Shown here: in pieces, positions 1 through 9,027 of the stretch | Layout: the number at the start of each line of letters is the position of its first letter | How positions within the stretch are numbered: the first letter of the stretch is position 1 | Origin: an uncultured Chloroflexia bacterium | Lineage (GTDB): Bacteria > Chloroflexota > Anaerolineae > JAAYZQ01 | Length of the DNA stretch: 64,000 bases | NCBI GenBank assembly: GCA_963700285.1 | Contig: CAVOXA010000001.1 | Location: forward strand, 736,001 to 800,000 | Direction of reading: 5' to 3' | Translations under genes and position numbers: made by a program | Notes under the pieces: model-generated | Databases searched by the model: none | What the model was told of the DNA's origin: nothing | The model's input: the letters and a program-made list of their open reading frames with translations, nothing else

Positions 1-2
1 TG

Positions 3-602
3 CTGATCATTGAGGATGACGCGTATCGCGACTTGTCTTACGGGGCAGCGCTGCCGCCCTCTCTGTTTGCCTTGGACGATGGCCGGGGGCGGGTGCTGCG
101 CATCGGCAGTTTTTCCAAGATACTGGCGCCCGGCTTGCGCATGGGTTGGCTCATGGGCTCCGTGGACAGAATCGCTCGAGTGATCGAGAGCGGCCTGAGG
201 GTTATCGGAGGCGGTGCCAATCCCCTGGTGGCAAACATGTTGGCGGACTATTGCCAGCAGGGCCTGCTGGAACCTCACATCGGCTACTTGCGCCATCTCT
301 ACCAGGAGCGAAGGGATATCATGCTGGCAGCTCTGGATGCTCACATGCCGGAGGACGTTCGTTGGACTCGGCCGGGCGGTGGTTTTTTTGTATGGCTGAC
401 GCTGCCGGAACCACTCCGTGCTGCTCAGGTAGTGGAACAGGCCCAGCATGCGGGCGTCATGGTCCTGGCTGGCGATTCGTTCTTTGCCCAGCATCCAACG
501 GGCCAGCACCTGCGCCTGGCGTTCAGTTTTGTGACCCCGGAGAACATACAGAAGGGGATTGAAAAACTCGGCAGAGTGCTGAGATCGGCTCCAATCGTCT
601 AG
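3..602 (+). CDS. PLP-dependent aminotransferase class I/II (ARO8/MocR-like), 5'-truncated by window edge
   Basis: IIEDDAY, GSFSKILAPGLRMGW (PLP lysine), WTRPGGGFFVW and LRLAFS motifs; frame is open to the window start. Confidence 0.9.
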   Translation: MIIEDDAYRDLSYGAALPPSLFALDDGRGRVLRIGSFSKILAPGLRMGWLMGSVDRIARVIESGLRVIGGGANPLVANMLADYCQQGLLEPHIGYLRHLYQERRDIMLAALDAHMPEDVRWTRPGGGFFVWLTLPEPLRAAQVVEQAQHAGVMVLAGDSFFAQHPTGQHLRLAFSFVTPENIQKGIEKLGRVLRSAPIV

Positions 603-656
603 GACTGCGTGCACGGTACTGCATGGAACTGGACCTGAATCCGCACATTGTCGCCA

Positions 657-685
657 TTGACTTGACCATCTACAACTGCTATACT
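657..685 (+). promoter_or_regulatory. sigma70-like promoter (no intact gene downstream)
   Basis: TTGACT-17 nt-TATACT with an extended TG. Confidence 0.5.
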
Positions 686-847
686 CCAAGCTCGGAGACA
701 TCTCCTTTTCGGCTACTCTCGAGGCACTCGCCTTCCTCCCCAGTCGTCCGGTTATTGCGCCCAAACAGATGTATCCTGATCCTTGTGCCCCAGCAAGACC
801 CGTCTCCTGAGCCTATGTAACCTAGCCAGGCCGATCAAGCGTAGCTG

Positions 848-1797
848 CCCTGGCAGTGGTTGGTTTGTGGCTTCGTGGACGGGTACGGACGCCGACGGGA
901 GCGCCTCGCTCACGAACCGGGTGACCATGCCTGCCGCGGCGCACAGTGTGGCGGTGAACTATGAGCAAGTGCCGGCGACCTGCTACGCCTTGACGCGGAC
1001 GCACACCGGGACGGGCGGCGACCCGGCAGCGACGCCGGGCAACTCGGCCGGCTGCGCGACAGGCCAGTACGTGGCTGGGGCGGTGATCGACCTGAGCGCG
1101 AGTCCAGGGGCTGGCTGGTCGGTGGTGTCGTGGACGGGCACGGACGACGATGGGAGTACGTCGTTGCCCAACCAAGCAACCATGCCCGCCGCAGCGCACA
1201 CGGTGACGGTTCACTACGAGGCAGCACCAGCGGGGTCCAGTCTAGACATTCGGGTATCGGCGTCAACGGACGATGCTGAGGAGAAGGGCGGCGATGGCAG
1301 CATAGCTCGCAGCGGAGACGACCTGGAGCTGGGTGAGGACAGGACGCCGCAACTGGTGGGACTGCGCTTTCAGAACTTGACGATACCCCGGGGGGCGAGC
1401 ATCACGCGGGCGTACGTCGAGTTCACCGCGGACGAGGTACAGGGCGACACGACGAACGCGACATTCCACGGTCAGGCGAGCGACAATGCGCCCACCTTTG
1501 GCAGTGGGACGGGGGACATTTCCGCCCGGCCGCGGACGTTAGCCGCGGTAGATTGGCCATACCATCGCTCCCTGGACTGAGAAACATACCACGTACCAGT
1601 CGCCGGACCTGTCGCCGATCGTCCAGGAGATCGTAAACCGCAGCGGCTGGTCGGGGGGCAACGCGCTAGTACTGGTCATCAGCGGCTCTGGACGCCGCAC
1701 GGCGGAGGCATACAACGGGGAGCCGGTAATGGCGCCTATCCTGTACATCGAGTATGCGACGACTGCGAGCCGCGGTTCGGACGGCACCGGGGAGTAG
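848..1797 (+). pseudogene. N-terminally truncated extracellular protein fragment: InlB B-repeat-like repeats plus a C-terminal beta-sandwich-type domain
   Basis: Two similar units (GW.V.SWTGTD.DGS.SL.N..TMPAAAH.V.V.YE), then ASTDDAEE...VGLRFQNLTIPRGASITRAYVEF. After a frameshift near 1560 it continues YQSPDLSPIVQEIVNRSGWSGGNAL...APILYIEY to TAG at 1797. No signal peptide; begins mid-repeat. Confidence 0.65.
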
Positions 1798-1908
1798 GAC
1801 TGCCCGATCTGTCCGGCCACTGCGCCCGCAAACAACCGCTGATCCATGCACGGGCGCCTCTGATGGTGCGGCGGGATAGGAGACACTCGAGCCATACGCG
1901 GGAGAAGG

Positions 1909-1940
1909 AGGGCCACGGGCGCAGCCCGTGGCCCTTTTTC
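1909..1940 (+). terminator. intrinsic terminator
   Basis: AGGGCCACGGGC-GCA-GCCCGTGGCCCT stem-loop followed by a T run. Confidence 0.75.
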
Positions 1941-2025
1941 CATCCAATCTCAGCTCCTCGAGGATCCCTATCAGATTCACATAACAATTTGATGCAAAAG
2001 CTCGCTCTTCCGCTCCCCGGGTCGT

Positions 2026-2054
2026 TTGCTCTGCCCGGCAGGCCATGCTATAAT
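2026..2054 (+). promoter_or_regulatory. sigma70-like promoter of aminotransferase gene
   Basis: TTGCTC-17 nt-TATAAT with an extended TG. Confidence 0.6.
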
Positions 2055-2141
2055 CAAGGTGGCCGGGGCAGCACTGCGAGGTGGTGGTCCAAGGCTGATC
2101 GCAATTTCGTGCAGTGCCTGGTGCACGGCCGGGAGGGAACA

Positions 2142-3411
2142 ATGGCGTTCATAGGACAGCGCTCCAAGAGCGAGACTATCGAGGGGTTCCGCGACCACGT
2201 GTCTTCAGGGAAGGTCGCCTTTTTTGCCCAATATGGCATGGACTTTGTGCCTGGACGCCGGGAAGGCGTCTATCTATGGGACGTCGAAGGCGACAAGCGC
2301 CTCGTCAACTGCCACTGCAATGGCGGGGTCTTTAACTTGGGACACCGGCACCCTGCTGTCGTTGATACGTTGGTGCGCGCTGTGGACGAGCTGGATATCG
2401 GCAACCACCACTTCATCTCGGAGCAGAGGGCGGCGCTTGCCAGGCGGCTGGCGGAACTAGCCCCAGGCGAGATGCCCTACAGCGTCTTTGCTGTGGGCGG
2501 CGGCGAAGCCATCGACTTTGCCCTCAAGCTGGCCCGGGCCCACACGGAGCGCCCTGGCATCATCTCGGTCCGGGGCGGCTATCACGGCCACACCGGATTG
2601 GCGCTGGCTGCTGGCGATGCCCAGTACCGCGACCCCTTCGGACCGATGCCCCCTGGGTTTGTTCAGGTACCCTTTGGCGACGTGGCGGCTATCGCCGATC
2701 GCATCAATGGAGACACGGCGGCCGTCATTCTGGAAACGATCCCTGCTACGCTGGGAATGCCCATCGCCCCTCAAGGGTACTTTGCCGAACTTAGGGCGCT
2801 GTGCGACCGGTACGGCGCATTGCTGATTGTCGACGAGGTGCAGAGTGGGCTGGGCCGCACCGGGAAGATGTGGGCCATTGAGCACTGGGGAGTCGAACCC
2901 GATATCTTGGTGACAGGCAAGGGGCTCAGCGGCGGTGTATATCCCATCGCCGCCACCTGCTACCGCTCGGAACTGAATGCCTTTATGGAGGCCAACCCCT
3001 TTATTCACATTTCGACCTTTGGCGGGGCGGAGATCGGGCTGTGCTGTGGCCCTGGCCGTACTGGATCTGACGGCCAGCCCTGCCTTCTTGGGGCGTGTGG
3101 ACAAATTGGCGGGGCGCTTGAGAACTGGCTTCCAGCAGCTTCAGACGCGCTATCCAGACACGCTGATGACTGTCCGACAATTGGGACTGATGATCGGCCT
3201 GGTATTCCCGGATGCGGTCTGTGGCCCGCTGATGACCAAGTTCCTCTTCGAGGAAGGTGTCCTGGCCATCTATGCCAACAATGACCAGCGCGCGCTCCAG
3301 TTTCTGCCACCCTTGACTATGGAGGACATTGAGGCAGAGGAGGCTCTGGGTGCCCTGGACCGTGCCCTGCTGGCGCTGAGTACTGCGCGAGGCTGGGCCA
3401 TCAATTACTAA
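2142..3411 (+). CDS. class III aminotransferase (putrescine/acetylornithine type), one frameshift near 3040
   Basis: GGYHG, ILETI, LIVDEVQSGLGRTGK, GKGLSGG and HISTFGG motifs; C-terminus (GLMIGL...FLPPL) lies in the 2977..3411 frame; GGAGGG SD before ATG 2142. Confidence 0.85.
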
Positions 3412-3435
3412 ACTACCGCCGTACTGAGGTACGGG

Positions 3436-4152
3436 TTGCTCCCTATCAGCGTCCCGCGGGAGCCGAGATTGGCACACAGGCTGAGGCATACTTTGGCACA
3501 GTTGCTACCAATCCCCTTTCTTATTGTGACGGTTTGCCTCCTCGTGAGGGCCAGGTTGCGGTCAAACGAGGGGCAGATCTATTTCTTCAAGCCTCTTTCC
3601 ACATTGCTGGTCATCCTGGTGGCGCTGCTCTCCTTCACGACCCCGGGGGTTCAGCCGGCCTATACAGCCTGGATCATGCTAGGGCTGGTGCTGTCGCTAG
3701 GGGGAGACGTGGCTCTGATGTTCCGGTCCGGCCGGGCATTCCTCGTCGGGCTGGTATTTTTCTTGCTGGCCCACGTTCTCTATGCTGTAGCCTTTACATT
3801 ACCAAACGGTTTTCATCCCCAAGATCTCGCCGTGGCACTGGTGCTGTTGGCTGTGGGCGTGGCCGTGTACCTCTACCTCAAGCCTGGCCTGGGATCAATG
3901 CAGGGCCCGGTCATCCTGTACATCCTGATCATTTGTTTTATGGTAAATCGAGCGGCATCCACCTTTTTTGGTGACGCGTTTACTACTACCCAGGCATGGC
4001 TGATAGCCCTGGGTGCCATCCTTTTCTGGCTCTCGGACCTGATTTTGGCCATCAACCGCTTTCGCTGCCCGCTCAAGCTGGAGGCACAGGGTCTTTACCT
4101 TTACTATGGCGGGCAACTGCTCATTGCACTCAGCCCCTCCTATTTCCAATAG
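3436..4152 (+). CDS. YhhN family lysoplasmalogenase-like membrane protein (start uncertain)
   Basis: FKP, SLGGDVALM, GLVFFLLAH, GAILFWLSD and YYGGQ motifs; multiple TM segments. Confidence 0.85.
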   Translation: MLPISVPREPRLAHRLRHTLAQLLPIPFLIVTVCLLVRARLRSNEGQIYFFKPLSTLLVILVALLSFTTPGVQPAYTAWIMLGLVLSLGGDVALMFRSGRAFLVGLVFFLLAHVLYAVAFTLPNGFHPQDLAVALVLLAVGVAVYLYLKPGLGSMQGPVILYILIICFMVNRAASTFFGDAFTTTQAWLIALGAILFWLSDLILAINRFRCPLKLEAQGLYLYYGGQLLIALSPSYFQ

Positions 4153-4189
4153 TCACACGGCCGGGACTGTCAGTCCAATCCCAGCCGTC

Positions 4190-4220
4190 AAACCCGCAAA
4201 AAACCCGCAAAAACCCGCAA
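4190..4220. repeat. short tandem repeat (AAACCCGCAA x3)
   Basis: aaacccgcaa(a) aaacccgcaa aaacccgcaa, followed by degenerate ctaatcgcgc aaatcgcc. Confidence 0.8.
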
Positions 4221-4259
4221 CTAATCGCGCAAATCGCCTGAAACACTAGAACATGTGTT

Positions 4260-5261
4260 CTAATCCCGAAGGATGTAGTGGCGGCCGCGACCGCTGCTCA
4301 AAGGCAGGACCAGTCCAGCGTCCACTAGCCCTTGCAGGTCGTAGAGCGCGGTCCTCTCCGAGACGCCAAACTCCGTCTGATACTGGCGGTTGGTGATGCG
4401 TCCGTGGCTATGCAGGTACTGCATGGCCCGTGCTTGGCGTTCGCTCAAGCCCATGCGGTACAGATCGGCCAAGGGTAGTGTTGCGGTACCTGCTTTGAGG
4501 GTCACCCAGAAGGATGTGCCCCTGTCTTCAAAGGTAGGGGGTGGCAGGTTGGCGCCGCTCATGGCGTGGATCATGCGATCCACGCCCAGGCCACGCTGTT
4601 CGACGTAGCCATGGTGCTCCAGCAGGCGCATGATGTGGGGATTGCGCGTGTATTGCTCGTAGACCATGTTTTCCACCGTCAGGTTGCCACCCAGGCCGCC
4701 AGGGCTTTGGACCTCCAGCCGATCAGTGAAGAGGCGTACCTGGATAAAGCGGCCCTCCAGCCCATAGTCACGATGGCCTATGGCGTTGACGATGGCCTCG
4801 CGGTAGGCAAGTTCTGGGTAGTCGGCCACATCCTGGCGGACAAATCCATTCATCCTGGCTTGCTTGCTCAGCTTGTCAAAGATCGTAGATCTCGCCGCGT
4901 CGATCATAGCCGGCAGGGCGCCGCGAAACTCGCGGTTGTCCAGGTACAATGGACCATTGGGATCTACTCCGGCTGCAGAGGGGCCGGCAAAGTGCAGGAA
5001 GGTGATGGTGAAGGAGGGATAGAAACGGCCGGGATCCCGGCCAAAGAAGAGCATGCCTGTCAGGGTAGGCCGGAATTGCCTCTGGTCCTCGATGGCACAG
5101 CCGACCTGAACCAGCATCTGGTCCAGGGGCAGGCGGAGCAGGGTTGAGCCTGGCCGGCGCCGGTTCAGTTCCCCGCGATAGGCCTCGAGCAGGGAGGGGT
5201 CCAGGTCGTCCAGGGTGGCGTCCCGGCAGGGACGGAGATCCGTGAAGCGGCTAATCATCAC
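4260..5261 (-). CDS. ATP-binding protein (HATPase_c_4 / 'RecG C-terminal-like' plus C-terminal winged HTH)
   Basis: PTLTGMLFFG, YPELAYREAIVNAIGHRDY, DRLEVQSPGGL, RNPHI, VEQRGLGV motifs; HTH ITNRQYQ...SERTALYDLQGLV. Confidence 0.85.
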   Translation of the reverse strand: MMISRFTDLRPCRDATLDDLDPSLLEAYRGELNRRRPGSTLLRLPLDQMLVQVGCAIEDQRQFRPTLTGMLFFGRDPGRFYPSFTITFLHFAGPSAAGVDPNGPLYLDNREFRGALPAMIDAARSTIFDKLSKQARMNGFVRQDVADYPELAYREAIVNAIGHRDYGLEGRFIQVRLFTDRLEVQSPGGLGGNLTVENMVYEQYTRNPHIMRLLEHHGYVEQRGLGVDRMIHAMSGANLPPPTFEDRGTSFWVTLKAGTATLPLADLYRMGLSERQARAMQYLHSHGRITNRQYQTEFGVSERTALYDLQGLVDAGLVLPLSSGRGRHYILRD

Positions 5262-5476
5262 TTCCGTCTTTCCTGGTGCAGTCGCTCCTGATGGGCTATG
5301 CGCCGAAGGCCAGAATACTTCATTCTCGGATTATAGCACAAGTTGCTCACCGGGAGAAATGACAATCTCACCCCCTCATGGATACCGCGGTGGGTAGGAG
5401 TTTCTCTTCTGCTGGGCGAAAGGTACTGTCCGAGCCATACTGGGCGATCGAGGGGGCCTTGCCGAGAAAAAAAGAC

Positions 5477-5505
5477 TTGACAGAGCCGCAAAATGGTGCT
5501 ATACT
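5477..5505 (+). promoter_or_regulatory. sigma70 promoter of catabolic cluster
   Basis: TTGACA-17 nt-TATACT with extended TG and an upstream A-tract. Confidence 0.8.
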
Positions 5506-5508
5506 TGG

Positions 5509-5529
5509 TCAGCTGGTCATACCAGCTGA
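5509..5529. promoter_or_regulatory. putative GntR/FadR operator
   Basis: Perfect palindrome TCAGCTGGT-CAT-ACCAGCTGA containing the FadR-subfamily core TGGT-N3-ACCA, overlapping the predicted +1. Confidence 0.75.
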
Positions 5530-5799
5530 TAGCTAGGTGGGCGGACATGGCTGCCCGTTCGTGGCCATCGTGTCGCACATGCAACTTCACTACTTTTGGA
5601 ATGAACGCTGAGGTAGCGCTGATTCAAACAGATCACCAAGGACTGGCTTGAACATGGTACTCCCAATGGAGCACGGCGCTCTTTGCGCCACCAGTACCCT
5701 CGGCGCCGCCAGCGCGCTGGCGCTGTCCAAGCAGGTCCGTTTCAATCATCGCCCGGCAGCGACTCGCGGGAGCTAGTTGGTAGAACAGGAAACGATCCA

Positions 5800-6597
5800 A
5801 TGACGAGCGAACTCCGGCTGATCCCGCCTCAAAAAGTAACCCTCGTTGAGTCAATTATTGAACAGATCGTGACGCAGATCCGCGACGGAAACCTGGAGCC
5901 CAATGACCGGCTGCCTTCTGAACGCCAGCTCATCGATATGCTGGGCGTGGGCCGTTCTTCGGTGCGAGAGGCCCTGCAAGGGTTATCGGCAATGGGCCTG
6001 GTAGAGATACGGCCCGGTGAAGGGACTTTCGTGAAGGGACTCAACCCTGGTGAGGATCTGCTCAGCCGGGACATCCGAACCCTCTCGATGGGCTTGCAGA
6101 AAGAGATGCGCAAGTACCTGAATCAGGCCCGGCTGGCTCTGGAAACTGGGATCTTGACGGTCGCCGCTGAGGTGACCACCGAGAAGAGTGGGGCGTGCAT
6201 CCGGCAGGCGCTTGCCGACTATGAACGTGGTCTCGAGGCTGATCCGGCGAATCTGGATTGGGCCGTGCACGATAGGCTTCATCTGTCCATGGCCGAGGCG
6301 ACGGGCAATGGTTTTCTCGTGGATATGCTGCAGAGGCTCATAGAACTCGTTCCCTACTCGTTGCGGGACATGAACGCTCCTTACGCCGACCCGCAGGAGA
6401 TATGGGAGTTCCATGAGACCTGGCGGATCATCCATGGGAGGCTATGCGACGCCGTGCTGAGGGGGGATGCCCAATCTGCCTGCAAGTGGATGAGGCGGCA
6501 TTCCAAGTACGAGAGCATCAACATCGAGCGTGATTATGGGCACCTGTCCGCCCGCGCCCAGCAAGAGTACCAAGAGAGCATCAGGAGGATGGCCTAG
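5800..6597 (+). CDS. FadR/GntR family transcriptional regulator
   Basis: LPSERQL...GVGRSSVREAL...GEGTFV HTH; FCD-type C-terminus. Confidence 0.92.
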   Translation: MTSELRLIPPQKVTLVESIIEQIVTQIRDGNLEPNDRLPSERQLIDMLGVGRSSVREALQGLSAMGLVEIRPGEGTFVKGLNPGEDLLSRDIRTLSMGLQKEMRKYLNQARLALETGILTVAAEVTTEKSGACIRQALADYERGLEADPANLDWAVHDRLHLSMAEATGNGFLVDMLQRLIELVPYSLRDMNAPYADPQEIWEFHETWRIIHGRLCDAVLRGDAQSACKWMRRHSKYESINIERDYGHLSARAQQEYQESIRRMA

Positions 6598-6598
6598 C

Positions 6599-7708
6599 AT
6601 GAAAAAGCACGAGATCCCTACGCCAGCCTTGGTTGTAGACATTGACAAGCTGAGGCACAACATCGAAGACATGGCCCAACGGGCACGGAAGGCTGGTATG
6701 GCGCTGCGCCCCCATGTCAAGACCCACAAGACTCCTGCCATAACCCACATGCAGATCAAAGCGGGAGCGGACGGCATCGTCTGCGCCAAACTGGGCGAGG
6801 CAGAGGTCATGGCCGCGGCGGGCGTCGACGATATCCTGGTGTGTTATCCTATCGTTGGTCCTGACAAGATCGAGCGCTTGCTCAACCTGGCACGATGGGT
6901 GGACAGAGTCTCCACGACAGTCGATACGCGGACCGCTGCCCAGGCCCTGAGCGACGCGGCTGTGGCAAGGGGCCAGCGCCTGGATGTGTTGGTCGAAGTT
7001 GACGTGGGCTACAAGCGTACGGGCATCGCGCCGGGACAATCACTCCTGGAGTTGATCCGGGGTATCGTAGAATCGATGCCCGGCTTGCGCTACAAGGGGT
7101 TGATGTATATTGCCGGCGGCCTAATCAAGCACATGGAACCGGAAAAGCAGTTGGCCGAGGAGCAAGCTGCCATCGACATCGTTCTGGATGCTGCCAGCCT
7201 GTTGCGAGCCCACGGTATTGAGACGGAGGTAGTCAGCGGCGGTACGACGCCAGGCGCCCGGTACATGGCGGATCTCGATGGGGTCACGGAATACCGCGTC
7301 GGCTGCTACGTCTTTGGCGACATGAAATATGCCGACTTGGGTGCCCTTGCCCGGGAGCAGTTGGCTCTGACCATCTTGACTACCGTCGTCTCTGTCCCGT
7401 CGGTTCCGGCGCCGGGCCACTTTGTCGTGGATGCCGGGTCCAAGACGCTGACGCACAGCGGGGCCATGACCTCGCCAGGGTATGGAACCTTTGTGCAGCA
7501 TCCAGAGTGGGCGGTGAATGTACCGAGTGAGGAGCACGGTGGCGTGTACCTGCCGCTGGGTGCCAAGCCACCGGCCATCGGCACCAAACTGGACATCTAT
7601 CCCAACTATGTGTCCGACGTGGTGAACCTAGCTGACGAGCTGTGGGTGGTGCAGGGTGATGAGGTCATTGCGGTGTGGGATATCCTGGCTCGGGGCAAGA
7701 GGGTGTAG
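6599..7708 (+). CDS. D-threonine aldolase / DSD1-like PLP enzyme (alanine racemase fold)
   Basis: PTPALVVD, LRPHVKTHK, CAKLGEAE, VEVDVGYKRTG, SGGTTP, DAGSKTL, SEEHG motifs. Confidence 0.85.
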   Translation: MKKHEIPTPALVVDIDKLRHNIEDMAQRARKAGMALRPHVKTHKTPAITHMQIKAGADGIVCAKLGEAEVMAAAGVDDILVCYPIVGPDKIERLLNLARWVDRVSTTVDTRTAAQALSDAAVARGQRLDVLVEVDVGYKRTGIAPGQSLLELIRGIVESMPGLRYKGLMYIAGGLIKHMEPEKQLAEEQAAIDIVLDAASLLRAHGIETEVVSGGTTPGARYMADLDGVTEYRVGCYVFGDMKYADLGALAREQLALTILTTVVSVPSVPAPGHFVVDAGSKTLTHSGAMTSPGYGTFVQHPEWAVNVPSEEHGGVYLPLGAKPPAIGTKLDIYPNYVSDVVNLADELWVVQGDEVIAVWDILARGKRV

Positions 7709-7716
7709 GGGGCACA

Positions 7717-8769
7717 ATGAGTCTTGGAGAGAATATGATCGATCTGCGAAGTGATACGGTTACCAAGCCTACGAAAGCGATGCGACGGGCAATGTACGAC
7801 GCCGAGGTAGCCGACGATACCTACGACGGCGATCCGACAGTAAACCGGCTGCAGGAGCTGGCGGCTGAGAAGACGGGAAAGGAATCAGCACTGTTCGTCG
7901 TATCGGGCACGATGGGCAACCTCCTAGGCGTACTGATCAACACCCGGCCCGGTCAGGAGGTGATCCTGGGCGACGAATCGCACCAATTCCTGTGGGAGGT
8001 GGGCGGCATCGCCCGAGTGGCCAACTGTGTGACGCACACGGTGCCCTTTCACAGGGGCTATCTCGACCCGACAGAGGTGGAAGCGGCGATCCGGCCCGCT
8101 GCCAGAGAGGCAACGACCACCGGCATGATCTGCCTCGAGAACACTAGCAACATTGGCGGCGGTCTGGTGATCCCGCCCGAGCACATGGCCGGGATCTCGG
8201 ACGTGGCCAAGAGGCACGGGCTGCCCATTCACATGGATGGCGCCCGCTTTTTTAATGCGATCGCCGCCTCGGGCCGCCCGGCCTCGGATTTTACCCGGAA
8301 CGTGGACACGCTGGCCTTCTGCCTGTCCAAGGGATTGGGGGCGCCTTTTGGCGGGCTGTTGTGTGGCAGCGCCGATCTTGTCGAGCGGGCGATTCCATTT
8401 CGACAGATGCTTGGTGGCGGCATGCGCCAGGCGGGCGTAATGGCCGCAGCGGGCATTGTGGCCCTGGAGACAGGCATTGATAGGCTGGCGGAGGATCACG
8501 CCAATGCCAAGAAGCTGGCTCTGGGCCTGGCAGAGCTCTTTCCCGGATGCTGTGATCCGGATAATGTGGAAACCAATCTATTCCACATCGACGTTGCCAT
8601 GCTCGGCATGGGGGGGCAGGAACTGGCGGATCATTTGGCAACCGAGGGCGTTCTGGTGTTCGCCGGGGAGCCGCGCATGCGATTTGCTACGCATGCCATG
8701 GTTAGCTCGGAGGACATCGACCAAGTCCTGGAGGTCTTTGCCCAGTTGCCAACGCGATCTGCCACATGA
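7717..8769 (+). CDS. ltaE: low-specificity L-threonine aldolase-like protein
   Basis: DLRSDTVT, SGTMGN, HMDGAR, CLSKGLGAP, GGGMRQAG motifs. Confidence 0.88.
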   Translation: MSLGENMIDLRSDTVTKPTKAMRRAMYDAEVADDTYDGDPTVNRLQELAAEKTGKESALFVVSGTMGNLLGVLINTRPGQEVILGDESHQFLWEVGGIARVANCVTHTVPFHRGYLDPTEVEAAIRPAAREATTTGMICLENTSNIGGGLVIPPEHMAGISDVAKRHGLPIHMDGARFFNAIAASGRPASDFTRNVDTLAFCLSKGLGAPFGGLLCGSADLVERAIPFRQMLGGGMRQAGVMAAAGIVALETGIDRLAEDHANAKKLALGLAELFPGCCDPDNVETNLFHIDVAMLGMGGQELADHLATEGVLVFAGEPRMRFATHAMVSSEDIDQVLEVFAQLPTRSAT

Positions 8770-9027
8770 GCATTGTCCCTCGCGCGCTGGCTGCGTCGTG
8801 GGTCCGGACGGCCCGTGCTACAGCGCGCCAGGGAAGCCGGTGAGGGGGCAATCGGGCTCAAGCAGTAGCCACAAGGAGGCGTCTGCCAACTGATCCAGGA
8901 TTGGGACTGGCGATCCCGGTGGGCGGGAGGTCTGTGAGGCCCATGTCGTAGCTGCAAGAGAGCTGGCCTGCGGACTGTCGCACGGTGTTGTGTTTCGTCA
9001 GAAAGGATCCATAAGGAGGAAGGAACA

